64,000 nucleotides of DNA from positions 707 through 64,706 of the forward strand of contig CAZBWK010000003.1 of the NCBI GenBank assembly GCA_964495655.1, given 5' to 3'. Positions 39,830 through 48,919 of the stretch are shown here, piece after piece (positions within the stretch are counted from its first letter, which is position 1; every line of letters begins with the position of its first letter). Origin of the DNA: an uncultured Prolixibacteraceae bacterium. GTDB lineage: Bacteria > Bacteroidota > Bacteroidia > Bacteroidales > Prolixibacteraceae. Made by a program: the position numbers and the translations under genes. The notes under the pieces were generated by a model. That model was not told where the DNA came from, searched no databases, and saw only the letters and a list, made by a program, of their open reading frames with translations.

Positions 39830-40046
39830 TTTTTTAAATTTACAGGTTCAACTATTATCATGATAAAGTTAAACATTTTAAAAGCCTGAAAGTTTGTTGT
39901 TAATAAAATTGGGATAAATATTAATGCAGGCATATTGCTTATAAACAGATATTTATGATAAGAAAAAAATATCTTCCAATAATGGGTGAACATCTCCCCA
40001 TTGCTCATTGACAGAGCTCTGATTTTAATGATTGATTATTTGCCGT

Positions 40047-40448
40047 TTAGCTTAAATTGATCTCCCCGGCAATTTTTTCTCTTATCTCTTCAAATTCCTG
40101 CTGCTCTAATTTTATGGGATTAGCGAAGTTCATCACATCAGCCTCTTTTTGCATAGGTATGAGGTGAAGGTGTGCATGAGGAACTTCCAGTCCCAGTACA
40201 AGGACACCAACTTTTTTACAGTTAACTGCTTTTTTAATGCCTGCAGCCACTTTTTTTGCAAACAGATGCAATCCTGCATAAAGATCGTCATCCAGATCGA
40301 AAAGATAGTCGACCTCTTTTTTAGGAATCACCAGCGTATGTCCTTTTGTTACAGGAGAGATGTCCAGGAATGCAAGGAATTTTTCATCTTCTGCCACCTT
40401 ATAGGCAGGTATTTCATTATTTACAATTCTGGAAAAAATGCTTGCCAT
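40047..40448 (-). CDS. HIT-family (histidine triad) protein
   Basis: 133 aa with the motif HAHLHLIP. It starts 3 nt after the greA stop. Confidence 0.85.
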   Translation of the reverse strand: MASIFSRIVNNEIPAYKVAEDEKFLAFLDISPVTKGHTLVIPKKEVDYLFDLDDDLYAGLHLFAKKVAAGIKKAVNCKKVGVLVLGLEVPHAHLHLIPMQKEADVMNFANPIKLEQQEFEEIREKIAGEINLS

Positions 40449-40451
40449 AAC

Positions 40452-40925
40452 TTATAGAGATATTTGCATGATTTCAAATGGAATAATTCCGGAGGGTACT
40501 TTTATATCGACCACTTCACCGACTTTTTTACCAATTAATCCTTTGGCAATGGGAGTTGTAACAGAGATCTTACCTTCCTTAAGGTTTGCTTCACTTTCAG
40601 GTACTATCAGGTATTCCATTATAGCATTGGTCTTTTTGTTTTTTATTTTTACCCTGTTAAGTATCTGCACTTTTGAAGTGTTGATCTTTGATTTATCAAG
40701 AATCCGGGCATTGGCAACTTTTGCCTGTAATTCTACAATTTTAGCTTCCAGCATACCCTGTGCATCTTTGGCGGCATCATATTCTGCATTTTCAGATATA
40801 TCGCCTTTTTCGATAGCTTCTCCTATTAATTTGGATATAGCCGGACGCTCGACATTTATAAGCCGGTCCAGTTCTTTTTTTAATTTTTCCAAACCTTGTT
40901 CAGTTACATATGTAATCTGTGACAT
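40452..40925 (-). CDS. greA: Transcription elongation factor GreA
   Basis: 157 aa. It has a coiled-coil N-terminus containing GDISENAEYDAAK and a C-terminal FKBP-like domain. Confidence 0.95.
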   Translation of the reverse strand: MSQITYVTEQGLEKLKKELDRLINVERPAISKLIGEAIEKGDISENAEYDAAKDAQGMLEAKIVELQAKVANARILDKSKINTSKVQILNRVKIKNKKTNAIMEYLIVPESEANLKEGKISVTTPIAKGLIGKKVGEVVDIKVPSGIIPFEIMQISL

Positions 40926-40955
40926 CTCTTTTTACCTCCTCGTTTACTGTGTGCC

Positions 40956-40993
40956 AAAAAAAACAGAAAGAATTCCGGGTGACCGGAACTCTT
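40956..40993 (-). terminator. Strong intrinsic terminator or attenuator in the greA leader
   Basis: The minus strand reads gaagaGTTCCGGtcacCCGGAATtctttc followed by tgUUUUUUUU. This gives an 11-12 bp stem, including G-U pairs that form only in the minus-sense RNA, and a 4-nt loop. It ends 30 nt before the greA ATG. Confidence 0.65.
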
Positions 40994-41000
40994 CCTTTGA

Positions 41001-41008
41001 CAAAAATA
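41001..41008 (-). promoter_or_regulatory. Putative -7 box directly upstream of the greA leader hairpin
   Basis: The minus strand reads TATTTTTG (TAnnTTTG), about 8 nt before the hairpin. Confidence 0.35.
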
Positions 41009-41068
41009 TATATTTTTCTGATAATAAAAAACTGATCTTAAAAATATTATAAATATATATTTTGGAGA

Positions 41069-41446
41069 TCAGGTATATTTTCTATTCAGAATTTCATTAT
41101 ATATCACTGCTTTTCTCAATGGGAACTTTCTTTTTTTAACTTTATTTAAAGAATTGTCTTGTGACTTACGAACAGCTTGATATATCCTTTTATCTGATGT
41201 ATAACCATCTTTAAATTGATAAGATCTATCTGCTTCTTCCGGAAAACTTTGATGTTTTTTATAGTAATTGGTTACAGGCTTATCATCTGTAACTTCATTA
41301 TCTCCGGGCAGTGACCACAGGTCATCGCTGTCGTCCGGTACATAATCATTAACTTTATTTTTTTCGGCAGCCCTCTTTTTTAATTGTCCTAATGAACCTG
41401 CAACAATTAATATCAGGGTTAAAATGATTACAATTAAATCATCCAT
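41069..41446 (-). CDS. Hypothetical small membrane-anchored protein
   Basis: 125 aa. An N-terminal transmembrane helix (LIVIILTLILIVAGSLG) is followed by a charged, acidic/basic tail. No family was recognised. Confidence 0.5.
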   Translation of the reverse strand: MDDLIVIILTLILIVAGSLGQLKKRAAEKNKVNDYVPDDSDDLWSLPGDNEVTDDKPVTNYYKKHQSFPEEADRSYQFKDGYTSDKRIYQAVRKSQDNSLNKVKKRKFPLRKAVIYNEILNRKYT

Positions 41447-41605
41447 AATAATTAATATTTTTCAGCAATAATTTGTTTACTTTGAAAGTTTAGTAAAAAT
41501 ACGAAAAATGAATCATCCCGGGATTATATTTTCAAATAGTTTTTTTATTTCTTTTTATAAGTTTGTTTTTACATGATTAAAATTAATCATTTTCAAAGGT
41601 ATCGT

Positions 41606-42028
41606 ATGAAACTCACAAATGTTTTAATCATACTATTATTTGGATTTTCACTAATACCCGTTTCATGTGATAAACTCAATAAATCTCCAATTCCATATGT
41701 CAGAGTAAATTTTATGGTCAACCTTAATATTGTGAATGAGTTGAATGTCCCGGGCAATTCAGTTTATTTTCCCAATTATGGTTATGGGGGAGTAATTATA
41801 TATTGTGAATTCCCCGGTTCATACTATGCTTTTGATGCTACATGTACTTATGAGATAAAACCTGACTGCAGGGTAATAAATGAGGGTGTTATTGCCGAAT
41901 GTCCCTGTTGTGGTTCCAAATTCATACTTATCGATAACGGTTATCCCGGCGATGGTCTGGCTACAATCCCTTTGAAACAATATCACGTTGCAGTGATCAA
42001 TAATTTTGAATTAAGGGTTTATAATTAA
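41606..42028 (+). CDS. Rieske-fold-like lipoprotein lacking the His ligands
   Basis: The lipobox is LLFGFSLIPVSC. The C-terminal part AFDATCTYEIKPDC-x10-CPCCGSKF...G....IPLKQY resembles Rieske boxes CTH.GC / CPCHGS.F. The ORF track starts at 41573, whereas the ATG at 41606 gives a normal signal peptide. Confidence 0.5.
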   Translation: MKLTNVLIILLFGFSLIPVSCDKLNKSPIPYVRVNFMVNLNIVNELNVPGNSVYFPNYGYGGVIIYCEFPGSYYAFDATCTYEIKPDCRVINEGVIAECPCCGSKFILIDNGYPGDGLATIPLKQYHVAVINNFELRVYN

Positions 42029-42113
42029 TTGCATGATCCTTTTCCGGCTCTGTGATCTGTAATTGAGATCATCTGTTACCGCTTAAAGCAGGTTATCCGG
42101 AATTTCTTGAAGG

Positions 42114-43532
42114 TCAGTACCTGTAATGATCAGGTTTGTATGGCCCTTCTATTGGAACACCAATATAGTTAGCCTGATCATCATTTAACCTGGTCAATTT
42201 AATCCCGAGATTGCCGAGATGGAGTCTCGCAACTTCTTCATCAAGTATTTTAGGAAGACGGTAGACATCTATCGGGTAATCATTTTTCCAAAGATCTATT
42301 TGTGCCAGCGACTGATTAGTGAATGAGTTACTCATAACAAATGAAGGGTGGCCTGTTGCACATCCAAGGTTAACCAGACGCCCTTCGGCCAGCAGAAATA
42401 TGCTGTGCCCGTCTTTAAAAGAGTACTTATCGACCTGCGGTTTAATATTGATTTTTTCTATTCCCGGCCATCTTTCCAGTTTTGATACCTGTATTTCATT
42501 ATCGAAGTGGCCTATATTGCATACAATAGCCTGGTCTTTCATCGCAGCCATATGTTCAGCTGTGATCACATCCTTATTACCTGTTGCCGTAATAAAGATG
42601 TTACCCTCATTTAGGGTTTCTTCCAATGTTTTAACCTCGAATCCTTCCATGGCTGCCTGTAAGGCACAGATAGGATCTATTTCAGTAACAATCACCCTGG
42701 CCCCGTAACCTTTCATGGACCTGGCACAGCCCTTTCCAACATCACCGTAACCGGCAACGACAACAACTTTTCCGGCAATCATTACATCAGTTGCTCTTTT
42801 TATGCCGTCAGCCAGAGATTCCCGGCAGCCGTATAAATTGTCAAATTTTGATTTTGTCACCGAATCATTGACATTAATTGCGGGAAAGAGAAGTTTGCCT
42901 TCCTGTTTCATCTGGTAAAGACGGTGTACACCAGTTGTGGTCTCTTCAGATACCCCTTTAACCTCTTTTGCGATACGATGCCAACGGCCGGGATCTTTTT
43001 CAAGAATATGGGTTAAGGCTTTGTATAGTTCTTCTTCATCCTGGCCGTTGGGAGTTCTTTTTAGGATGTTCGGGTTGTTTTCTGCTTCATAACCAACATG
43101 TACCATTAAGGTTGCATCTCCGCCATCATCCACAATAAGGTTAGGTCCCAGTCCGTTGCCAAAGTCAAGCGCCTGTTCGGTACACCACCAGTATTCTGAA
43201 AGCGTTTCACCTTTCCATGCATATACAGGTATCCCTGCTTTTGCCATGGCAGCAGCAGCATGATCCTGTGTGGAAAAAATATTACAGCTTGCCCACTGAA
43301 CAGAGGCACCCAGTTCTTTAAGGGTTTCAATAAGGACAGCAGTTTGGACTGTCATGTGGAGGCTTCCTGTAATCCTTGCATTTTTGAGAGGTTTGGAAGG
43401 GCCGAATTTTTGCCGGATAGCCATTAGTCCCGGCATCTCCTTTTCGGCAATTTCAATCTCTTTTCTACCAAAATCAGCCAAATTAATGTCAGCAACCTTG
43501 TATTTTAGTTTTTCAATCGTTCCTATGCTCAT
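42114..43532 (-). CDS. ahcY: Adenosylhomocysteinase
   Basis: Blocks [25 protein letters not shown] and [10 protein letters not shown] match AhcY. The ORF-track start is a TTG at 43574. I prefer the ATG at 43532 ([10 protein letters not shown]...). Confidence 0.95.
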   Translation of the reverse strand: MSIGTIEKLKYKVADINLADFGRKEIEIAEKEMPGLMAIRQKFGPSKPLKNARITGSLHMTVQTAVLIETLKELGASVQWASCNIFSTQDHAAAAMAKAGIPVYAWKGETLSEYWWCTEQALDFGNGLGPNLIVDDGGDATLMVHVGYEAENNPNILKRTPNGQDEEELYKALTHILEKDPGRWHRIAKEVKGVSEETTTGVHRLYQMKQEGKLLFPAINVNDSVTKSKFDNLYGCRESLADGIKRATDVMIAGKVVVVAGYGDVGKGCARSMKGYGARVIVTEIDPICALQAAMEGFEVKTLEETLNEGNIFITATGNKDVITAEHMAAMKDQAIVCNIGHFDNEIQVSKLERWPGIEKINIKPQVDKYSFKDGHSIFLLAEGRLVNLGCATGHPSFVMSNSFTNQSLAQIDLWKNDYPIDVYRLPKILDEEVARLHLGNLGIKLTRLNDDQANYIGVPIEGPYKPDHYRY

Positions 43533-43607
43533 CTGATATTTTTTAATTAATATACTGCTCTGCAAAGTTAGCAAATGAGGCCTATATATATTGTATTCCT
43601 TTTCTTT

Positions 43608-45797
43608 TTAATTACCCATATCTGAAAGGAATTTTATACGCATAAGCCTGATATCTTCCTCTGTATACTCGTCCTCGCCAAGTGCTTCGAGAGCCTCTTC
43701 CAGTGAATCAGTCTGAGCCTCCCTGAAGTATTCGAAAACTTCTTCCTGATGATCTTCATCCAAAAGATCATTCACATAATAGTCGATATTAAGCCGGGTA
43801 CCTGAATTAACAATTGCTTCAACTTCGGAGATAACATTTTTTAAATCCACTCCCTTTGACTGGGCAATATCTTCAAACGGAATTTTTCTGTCAATACTTT
43901 GTATAATGAAAACTTTAAGTTTTGATTTGTTGGCGACAGTGCGGACAATAAGATCATCAGGGCGTTCGATATCATTCTCCCCGACATATTTTTTTATAAG
44001 CTCTATAAATTCTTTTCCATACCTGTGTGCTTTTCCCTGGCCTACTCCCTGAATTTTCTGCATCTCCTCCATGGTAACAGGGTATTGAATTGACATATCG
44101 GCTAAAGAAGGATCCTGAAAAATAACAAATGGAGGCAGGTTTTTCTTTTTAGCCAAATTTTTTCTCAGATCTTTGAGCATGGAGAATAATATCGGATCAC
44201 CTCCTGTCCCGCCCGAAGGTGCCCCTGCACTTCCTGCATATTCTTCTGCCTCCTCTTCATATTTATGATTTTTCACAAGCATGAAGCGGGACGGATTTTT
44301 TAAGAATTCGTGACCTTTGGGTGTCATTTTTAACAATCCGTAGTTTTCTATATCTTTGTTTATCAGTCCTGCAATCATAGACTGTCTGAAAACCGCATTC
44401 CAGAATTTATCATCATGATCCTGGCCTGCACCGAATGATTTCAGCATATAATGCCTGAAAGATTTTATTGCAGCTGTTTTGTTTCCAATCAGGATATTTA
44501 CAATATGTTCAGCTTTATACTGTTCATTGACTTCAATAATAGCCTTTAGGGCCCTTATTACTTCATCTTTAGCTTCGACCTGTTCCTTAGGATTTAAACA
44601 GTTATCGCAGTTTCCGCAATATTGATGTTTGTAAATTTCTCCAAAATAGTGAAGGAGGATTATCCTGCGGCACAGAGCCGACTCTGCATAGGAAACTGTA
44701 TCCAGCAGCAACTGCCTGCCTATCTCCTGCTCGGCAACCGGCTTCCCGTGCATGAATTTTTCAAGTTTCTGAATATCTTTATAACTGTAAAAGGTTATGC
44801 ACCTGCCTTCTCCTCCGTCCCGTCCTGAGCGGCCTGTTTCCTGATAATACCCTTCAAGGCTTTTCGGAATATCGTAATGAATTACAAACCTCACATCCGG
44901 TTTGTCTATACCCATGCCAAAAGCAATTGTGGCAACAATAACGTCGATCTCTTCCATAAGGAATTTATCCTGGGTACCTGAGCGTGTGGCAGCATCCATT
45001 CCGGCATGATAAGGCAGCGCTTTAATGCCGTTCACCTGGAGTGTCTCTGCAATCTCCTCAACCTTTTTGCGGCTGAGGCAATAAATTATACCCGATTTCC
45101 CTTCATTTTGCTTGATGAATTTTATTATTTGTGCTTCGGGCTTAATTTTCGGCCTGACTTCATAATAGAGGTTAGGCCGATTGAATGAAGCCTTAAACAC
45201 CTGAGCCTCAATAATTCCGAGATTTTTTTGAATATCATGTTGCACCTTTGCGGTGGCCGTAGCTGTAAGTGCAACTATGGGAGCCGGACCTATCTCTTCT
45301 ACAATAGGCCTGATACGCCTGTATTCAGGCCTGAAGTCGTGGCCCCATTCAGAAATACAGTGAGCTTCATCAATTGCATAAAAGGAGATATTTACATTTT
45401 TTAAAAATTCAATATTCTCCTCTTTTGTCAGGGACTCGGGAGCTACATAAAGAAGCTTGGTTCTTCCTGCCAGGACATCGTTTTTAACTTCCTGGATGGC
45501 AGCTTTTGATAATGAAGAATTTAAAAAATGTGCCACATAGTCCTCAGTTTGCATACCCCTCATTGAATCAACCTGGTTTTTCATTAGCGCAATAAGGGGC
45601 GAAATTACAATTGCAGTACCGTCAAGCAACAGTGCCGGAAGCTGATAAATCAATGATTTACCTCCTCCGGTGGGCATTAATACAAAAGTATTTTTACCCT
45701 CCAGTACACTTTTCACAGCCTCTTCCTGTTGACCTTTGAAACGGTCAAATCCAAAGTATTGCTGTAAATATTCTGTTAAAGACCTATCTTTGTCCAT
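43608..45797 (-). CDS. recQ: ATP-dependent DNA helicase RecQ
   Basis: 729 aa. It has blocks FGFDRFKGQQEEAV, PTGGGKSL and DEAHCISEWGHDFRP, a Zn-binding Cys cluster, and HRDC-type C-terminal domains. Confidence 0.95.
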   Translation of the reverse strand: MDKDRSLTEYLQQYFGFDRFKGQQEEAVKSVLEGKNTFVLMPTGGGKSLIYQLPALLLDGTAIVISPLIALMKNQVDSMRGMQTEDYVAHFLNSSLSKAAIQEVKNDVLAGRTKLLYVAPESLTKEENIEFLKNVNISFYAIDEAHCISEWGHDFRPEYRRIRPIVEEIGPAPIVALTATATAKVQHDIQKNLGIIEAQVFKASFNRPNLYYEVRPKIKPEAQIIKFIKQNEGKSGIIYCLSRKKVEEIAETLQVNGIKALPYHAGMDAATRSGTQDKFLMEEIDVIVATIAFGMGIDKPDVRFVIHYDIPKSLEGYYQETGRSGRDGGEGRCITFYSYKDIQKLEKFMHGKPVAEQEIGRQLLLDTVSYAESALCRRIILLHYFGEIYKHQYCGNCDNCLNPKEQVEAKDEVIRALKAIIEVNEQYKAEHIVNILIGNKTAAIKSFRHYMLKSFGAGQDHDDKFWNAVFRQSMIAGLINKDIENYGLLKMTPKGHEFLKNPSRFMLVKNHKYEEEAEEYAGSAGAPSGGTGGDPILFSMLKDLRKNLAKKKNLPPFVIFQDPSLADMSIQYPVTMEEMQKIQGVGQGKAHRYGKEFIELIKKYVGENDIERPDDLIVRTVANKSKLKVFIIQSIDRKIPFEDIAQSKGVDLKNVISEVEAIVNSGTRLNIDYYVNDLLDEDHQEEVFEYFREAQTDSLEEALEALGEDEYTEEDIRLMRIKFLSDMGN

Positions 45798-45985
45798 AAA
45801 TTTTTTTCTTCCTTACATCATTTAATTATTTTCTTGAATTCTAAATTATTAAAAGTAAGAAAAATGGCAATAGAATTTGTTGTTTTTTAATAATTAATAG
45901 CATTCTTTTAAACAATTGGACAGATTGGGAGACTTAAATAATAAACTAAGTATTTATATTTGTGGTGTTTTTAAATTTACATAAA

Positions 45986-46858
45986 ATGAGTGAAGATACT
46001 AAAAAAGATAAGAAGCAAAGCAGTGGAAAGAGTAAAAAGGACACAAGAGCCAGTTATGCCGAAATGTCGTTTCTGGAACATCTCGAAGAGTTGCGCTGGC
46101 ATATAATACGTTCAGCCTTTGCTATTTTAATTTTTGCCATTGTTGCTTTTATATTGAAAGATCTCATTTTTAATAAAATTATTCTTAATCCGAGGACACC
46201 TGAATTCTGGACTAACCGCATGTTTGCAAGGCTTGGTGATGCTATTGGCAGTGAGGCACTGAAGATAAACCAGAAACCTCTCGAACTGATAAGTATTAAA
46301 ATTGCCGGGCAGTTTATGACCCATATATGGACCTCCATTATTGCCGGTTTTATAATAGCCTCACCTGTGGTTTTTTATGAGTTTTGGAGATTTATTAAAC
46401 CTGCCCTTTATGATGATGAAAAAAAATACGCTACAGGTGCAGTCGTTTTTACAACAATTTTATTCCTGCTTGGTGTGGTTTTTGGTTACTTTCTGATCGT
46501 GCCCCTGTCTATACATTTTTTAGGGACTTACAATGTTAGCGGCGATGTGACCAACCAGATCAACCTTAACTCATATATAGGTTCTGTAACTTCTATAATA
46601 ATTGCTTCAGGTGTGGTTTTTCTGTTGCCGATTTTTTCTTATTTCCTCAGTAAAGTGGGACTTGTTACCCCGGAATTCATGAAAACATACAGGAAACATT
46701 CATATGTGGTAATGCTGCTGCTGTCGGCTGTAATAACCCCGCCGGATTTATTCAGCCAGATCATGGTATGTATACCCCTGGTGATCCTTTATGAGATTGG
46801 GATAATGATATCCCGCAGAGTGACCAAAAATAGGGAAAGAGAATTGGATGAGTTATAA
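45986..46858 (+). CDS. tatC: Twin-arginine translocase subunit TatC
   Basis: Block [11 protein letters not shown] and six transmembrane helices match TatC. The ORF track begins at a GTG at 45962. I prefer the ATG at 45986. Confidence 0.9.
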   Translation: MSEDTKKDKKQSSGKSKKDTRASYAEMSFLEHLEELRWHIIRSAFAILIFAIVAFILKDLIFNKIILNPRTPEFWTNRMFARLGDAIGSEALKINQKPLELISIKIAGQFMTHIWTSIIAGFIIASPVVFYEFWRFIKPALYDDEKKYATGAVVFTTILFLLGVVFGYFLIVPLSIHFLGTYNVSGDVTNQINLNSYIGSVTSIIIASGVVFLLPIFSYFLSKVGLVTPEFMKTYRKHSYVVMLLLSAVITPPDLFSQIMVCIPLVILYEIGIMISRRVTKNRERELDEL

Positions 46859-46875
46859 ATTATTTTTTTAAACAG

Positions 46876-47598
46876 ATGATCCTTCGGGCTGAAAATATTG
46901 TTAAGAAATACAGGAAAAGAGTTGTTGTCAATCGTGTCAGCTTTGATGTCAGACAAGGTGAGATTGTCGGACTGCTGGGACCTAACGGTGCAGGCAAAAC
47001 TACCTCTTTCTATATAATAGTGGGGCTGATCCAGCCATTCTCGGGAAAAGTATTTATCGATGATGAGGATATTACCAAGCTGCCGGTCTATAAGCGTGCA
47101 AAAAAAGGGATCGGTTACCTGGCACAGGAGGCATCAGTTTTCAGAAAGCTGAGCATTGAGGATAATTTGAAGGCAGTACTGGAAATGACTGACTATTCTA
47201 AAGAATACCAAAAAGAAAAAGTTGAAACATTAATAAACGAATTCGGACTTCAGCACATCAGAAAAAGCAAAGGTATCCAGTTGTCGGGAGGTGAACGCCG
47301 GAGAACTGAAATTGCAAGAGCCCTGGCAATTGACCCCAAATTCATTCTGTTAGATGAACCTTTTGCCGGTGTTGACCCTATTGCGGTTGAAGATATACAA
47401 CAGATAGTTGTCAAATTAAAAGAGAAAAATATAGGAGTGCTGATAACAGACCATAATGTGCATGAAACTTTGTCAATCACAGACCGGTCGTATCTTCTTT
47501 TCGAAGGTTCGATAATGAAGGCAGGAACAGCAGAGGAGCTGGCCGGTGATGAAGATGTACGAAGAGTATACCTTGGCCAGAATTTTGAGCTCCGTTAG
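46876..47598 (+). CDS. lptB: LPS export ABC transporter ATP-binding protein
   Basis: 240 aa. It has Walker [10 protein letters not shown], signature LSGGERRR, and the LptB-like N-terminus L.AENI.K.Y..R.VV. Confidence 0.85.
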   Translation: MILRAENIVKKYRKRVVVNRVSFDVRQGEIVGLLGPNGAGKTTSFYIIVGLIQPFSGKVFIDDEDITKLPVYKRAKKGIGYLAQEASVFRKLSIEDNLKAVLEMTDYSKEYQKEKVETLINEFGLQHIRKSKGIQLSGGERRRTEIARALAIDPKFILLDEPFAGVDPIAVEDIQQIVVKLKEKNIGVLITDHNVHETLSITDRSYLLFEGSIMKAGTAEELAGDEDVRRVYLGQNFELR

Positions 47599-47756
47599 GC
47601 ATTTTGTTAATAATCAAGACATTGCGATAATCACCCGGTTAACATTCAGTTAACACAATTAAAAAGAGACTGGGATCAGGAAAAATTTATCAATAAAATT
47701 TGGCTTATAATAAAAATCAAGTATTTTTGCAATCCCATTTTCAGGGAAAAGAGGAT

Positions 47757-47828
47757 GGCCCGTTCGTCTAGTGGTTAGGACGCCAGGTTTTCATCCTGGT
47801 AGCAGGGGTTCGATTCCCCTACGGGCTA
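47757..47828 (+). tRNA. tRNA-Glu (anticodon UUC)
   Basis: The hand-folded cloverleaf has acceptor stem GGCCCGT/ACGGGCT (G1-U72 wobble), U8, and D-arm GTCT-AGTGGTTA-GGAC. The anticodon arm is CCAGG-TTTTCAT-CCTGG, the variable loop is 4 nt, and the T-arm is AGGGG-TTCGATT-CCCCT. The discriminator is A and no CCA is encoded. Confidence 0.9.
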
Positions 47829-47858
47829 CAATTTAATTTTAACAGTTATAACAGAAAA

Positions 47859-48110
47859 ATGGCAAATAATAAGTCAGCTCTAAAAAGGATAAGGCAAAAC
47901 GATAAAAGGCGTTTGCAAAATAAGTACTACGCAAAAATGACCAGGAATGCAATTAAAAAATTGCGTAACGAAACTGATAAGGAAGAAGCTGCTAACAGGT
48001 TGTCAGGAGTTATTTCAATGATTGACAAGCTTGCTAAAAAGAATGTTATTCATAAAAACAAAGCTTCTAACCTTAAATCAAAACTTACACTAAAGGTGAA
48101 TAATTTGTAA
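47859..48110 (+). CDS. rpsT: 30S ribosomal protein S20
   Basis: 83 aa, basic, beginning [18 protein letters not shown]. Confidence 0.9.
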   Translation: MANNKSALKRIRQNDKRRLQNKYYAKMTRNAIKKLRNETDKEEAANRLSGVISMIDKLAKKNVIHKNKASNLKSKLTLKVNNL

Positions 48111-48134
48111 GGATTGTCTTCATGATATTGCCGG

Positions 48135-48165
48135 GCCTCTCTGTATAAACGGGGAGGCTTTTTTT
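48135..48165 (+). terminator. Intrinsic terminator after rpsT
   Basis: The hairpin GCCTCTCtgtataaacgGGGAGGC is followed by a T7 run. Confidence 0.7.
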
Positions 48166-48206
48166 ATGCATTGAAAATTATTATTTTTATGCAAACTCCA
48201 AATATC

Positions 48207-48905
48207 ATGAATGAATACAGGAAAATGAACATTAAACAGTGGGCAGTGGAGGACCGTCCCCGCGAGAAGATGATCTCAAAAGGCCCAAGAACCCTTTCTG
48301 ATGCCGAGCTGATAGCAATTCTTTTAGGTTCGGGCAATATTAAAGAGACTGCCGTAGAGCTGGGCAGAAGAGTCCTGAGCTCAGTCAATAATGACCTCAA
48401 CGATCTCGGGAGAAAGGAGTTAAGCTATCTGACTGCCTTTAACGGTATAGGAAAAGCCAAAGGGGTGACGATAATGGCTGCACTTGAGCTGGGAAGAAGA
48501 AGAAAGGAATCAGGAATTTCTCTGAAAAAGAAAATTACCTGCAGTCGCGATGCAGCTGATCTATTTACTCCTTTGCTTCAGGATCTGAACCACGAAGAGT
48601 TCTGGATACTTTTACTGGACAGGGGAAATAAGGTCCTCGATCATTACAGGATCAGCCAGGGTGGAATATCAGGAACAATAATTGACGTCAGGATAATACT
48701 GAAAACAGCACTTGAGAAACTGGCTTCATCAATCATCCTATGCCATAACCACCCTTCAGGTACTATGGAAGCTTCAGAAGCCGATCTGAAGATAACCCGT
48801 AAAATGCTAAAAGCCGCAGGTTTAATGGATATTTCAGTGCTGGATCATATTATTATCGGGCAAAACAGCTATCTTAGTATGGCCGATGAAGGAATTTTAC
48901 AGTAA
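48207..48905 (+). CDS. radC: RadC-family JAB/MPN-domain protein
   Basis: Blocks DRPREKM, LSDAELIAILLGSG and the JAMM motif HNHPSG..EAS.AD match RadC. The ORF-track TTG at 48171 lies just after the rpsT terminator. The plausible starts are the ATGs at 48207 or 48225. Confidence 0.85.
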   Translation: MNEYRKMNIKQWAVEDRPREKMISKGPRTLSDAELIAILLGSGNIKETAVELGRRVLSSVNNDLNDLGRKELSYLTAFNGIGKAKGVTIMAALELGRRRKESGISLKKKITCSRDAADLFTPLLQDLNHEEFWILLLDRGNKVLDHYRISQGGISGTIIDVRIILKTALEKLASSIILCHNHPSGTMEASEADLKITRKMLKAAGLMDISVLDHIIIGQNSYLSMADEGILQ

Positions 48906-48919
48906 AGAGTGGTAATTAA

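Noticed and set aside
39826-40008. A 60-aa minus-strand ORF upstream of dnaE that overlaps the dnaE start by 4 nt.
   Set aside because: The region is AT-rich and more probably the dnaE promoter region. The peptide is hydrophobic and low-complexity with no family resemblance. It cannot be excluded as a small membrane peptide, but nothing supports that.
40438-41052. A 204-aa plus-strand ORF opposite greA.
   Set aside because: GreA is clearly the real gene. The antisense frame is Ser/Ile/Phe-rich with no features and runs across the greA leader terminator.
41591-41600. A third occurrence of tttcaaaggt (tttcaaaggtatcgtatg, 17/18 identical to 2502-2519), considered as another copy of the shared upstream element.
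   Set aside because: It is the reverse complement of a TACCTTTG -7 box and lacks the GC-rich core found in the other two copies. The identity is therefore explained by the promoter consensus.
47757-47828. tRNA-Glu as a possible integration hotspot for a genomic island.
   Set aside because: I saw no integrase, no phage or mobile genes, and no repeat of the tRNA 3' end. The neighbours (lptB, rpsT, radC) are core genes.
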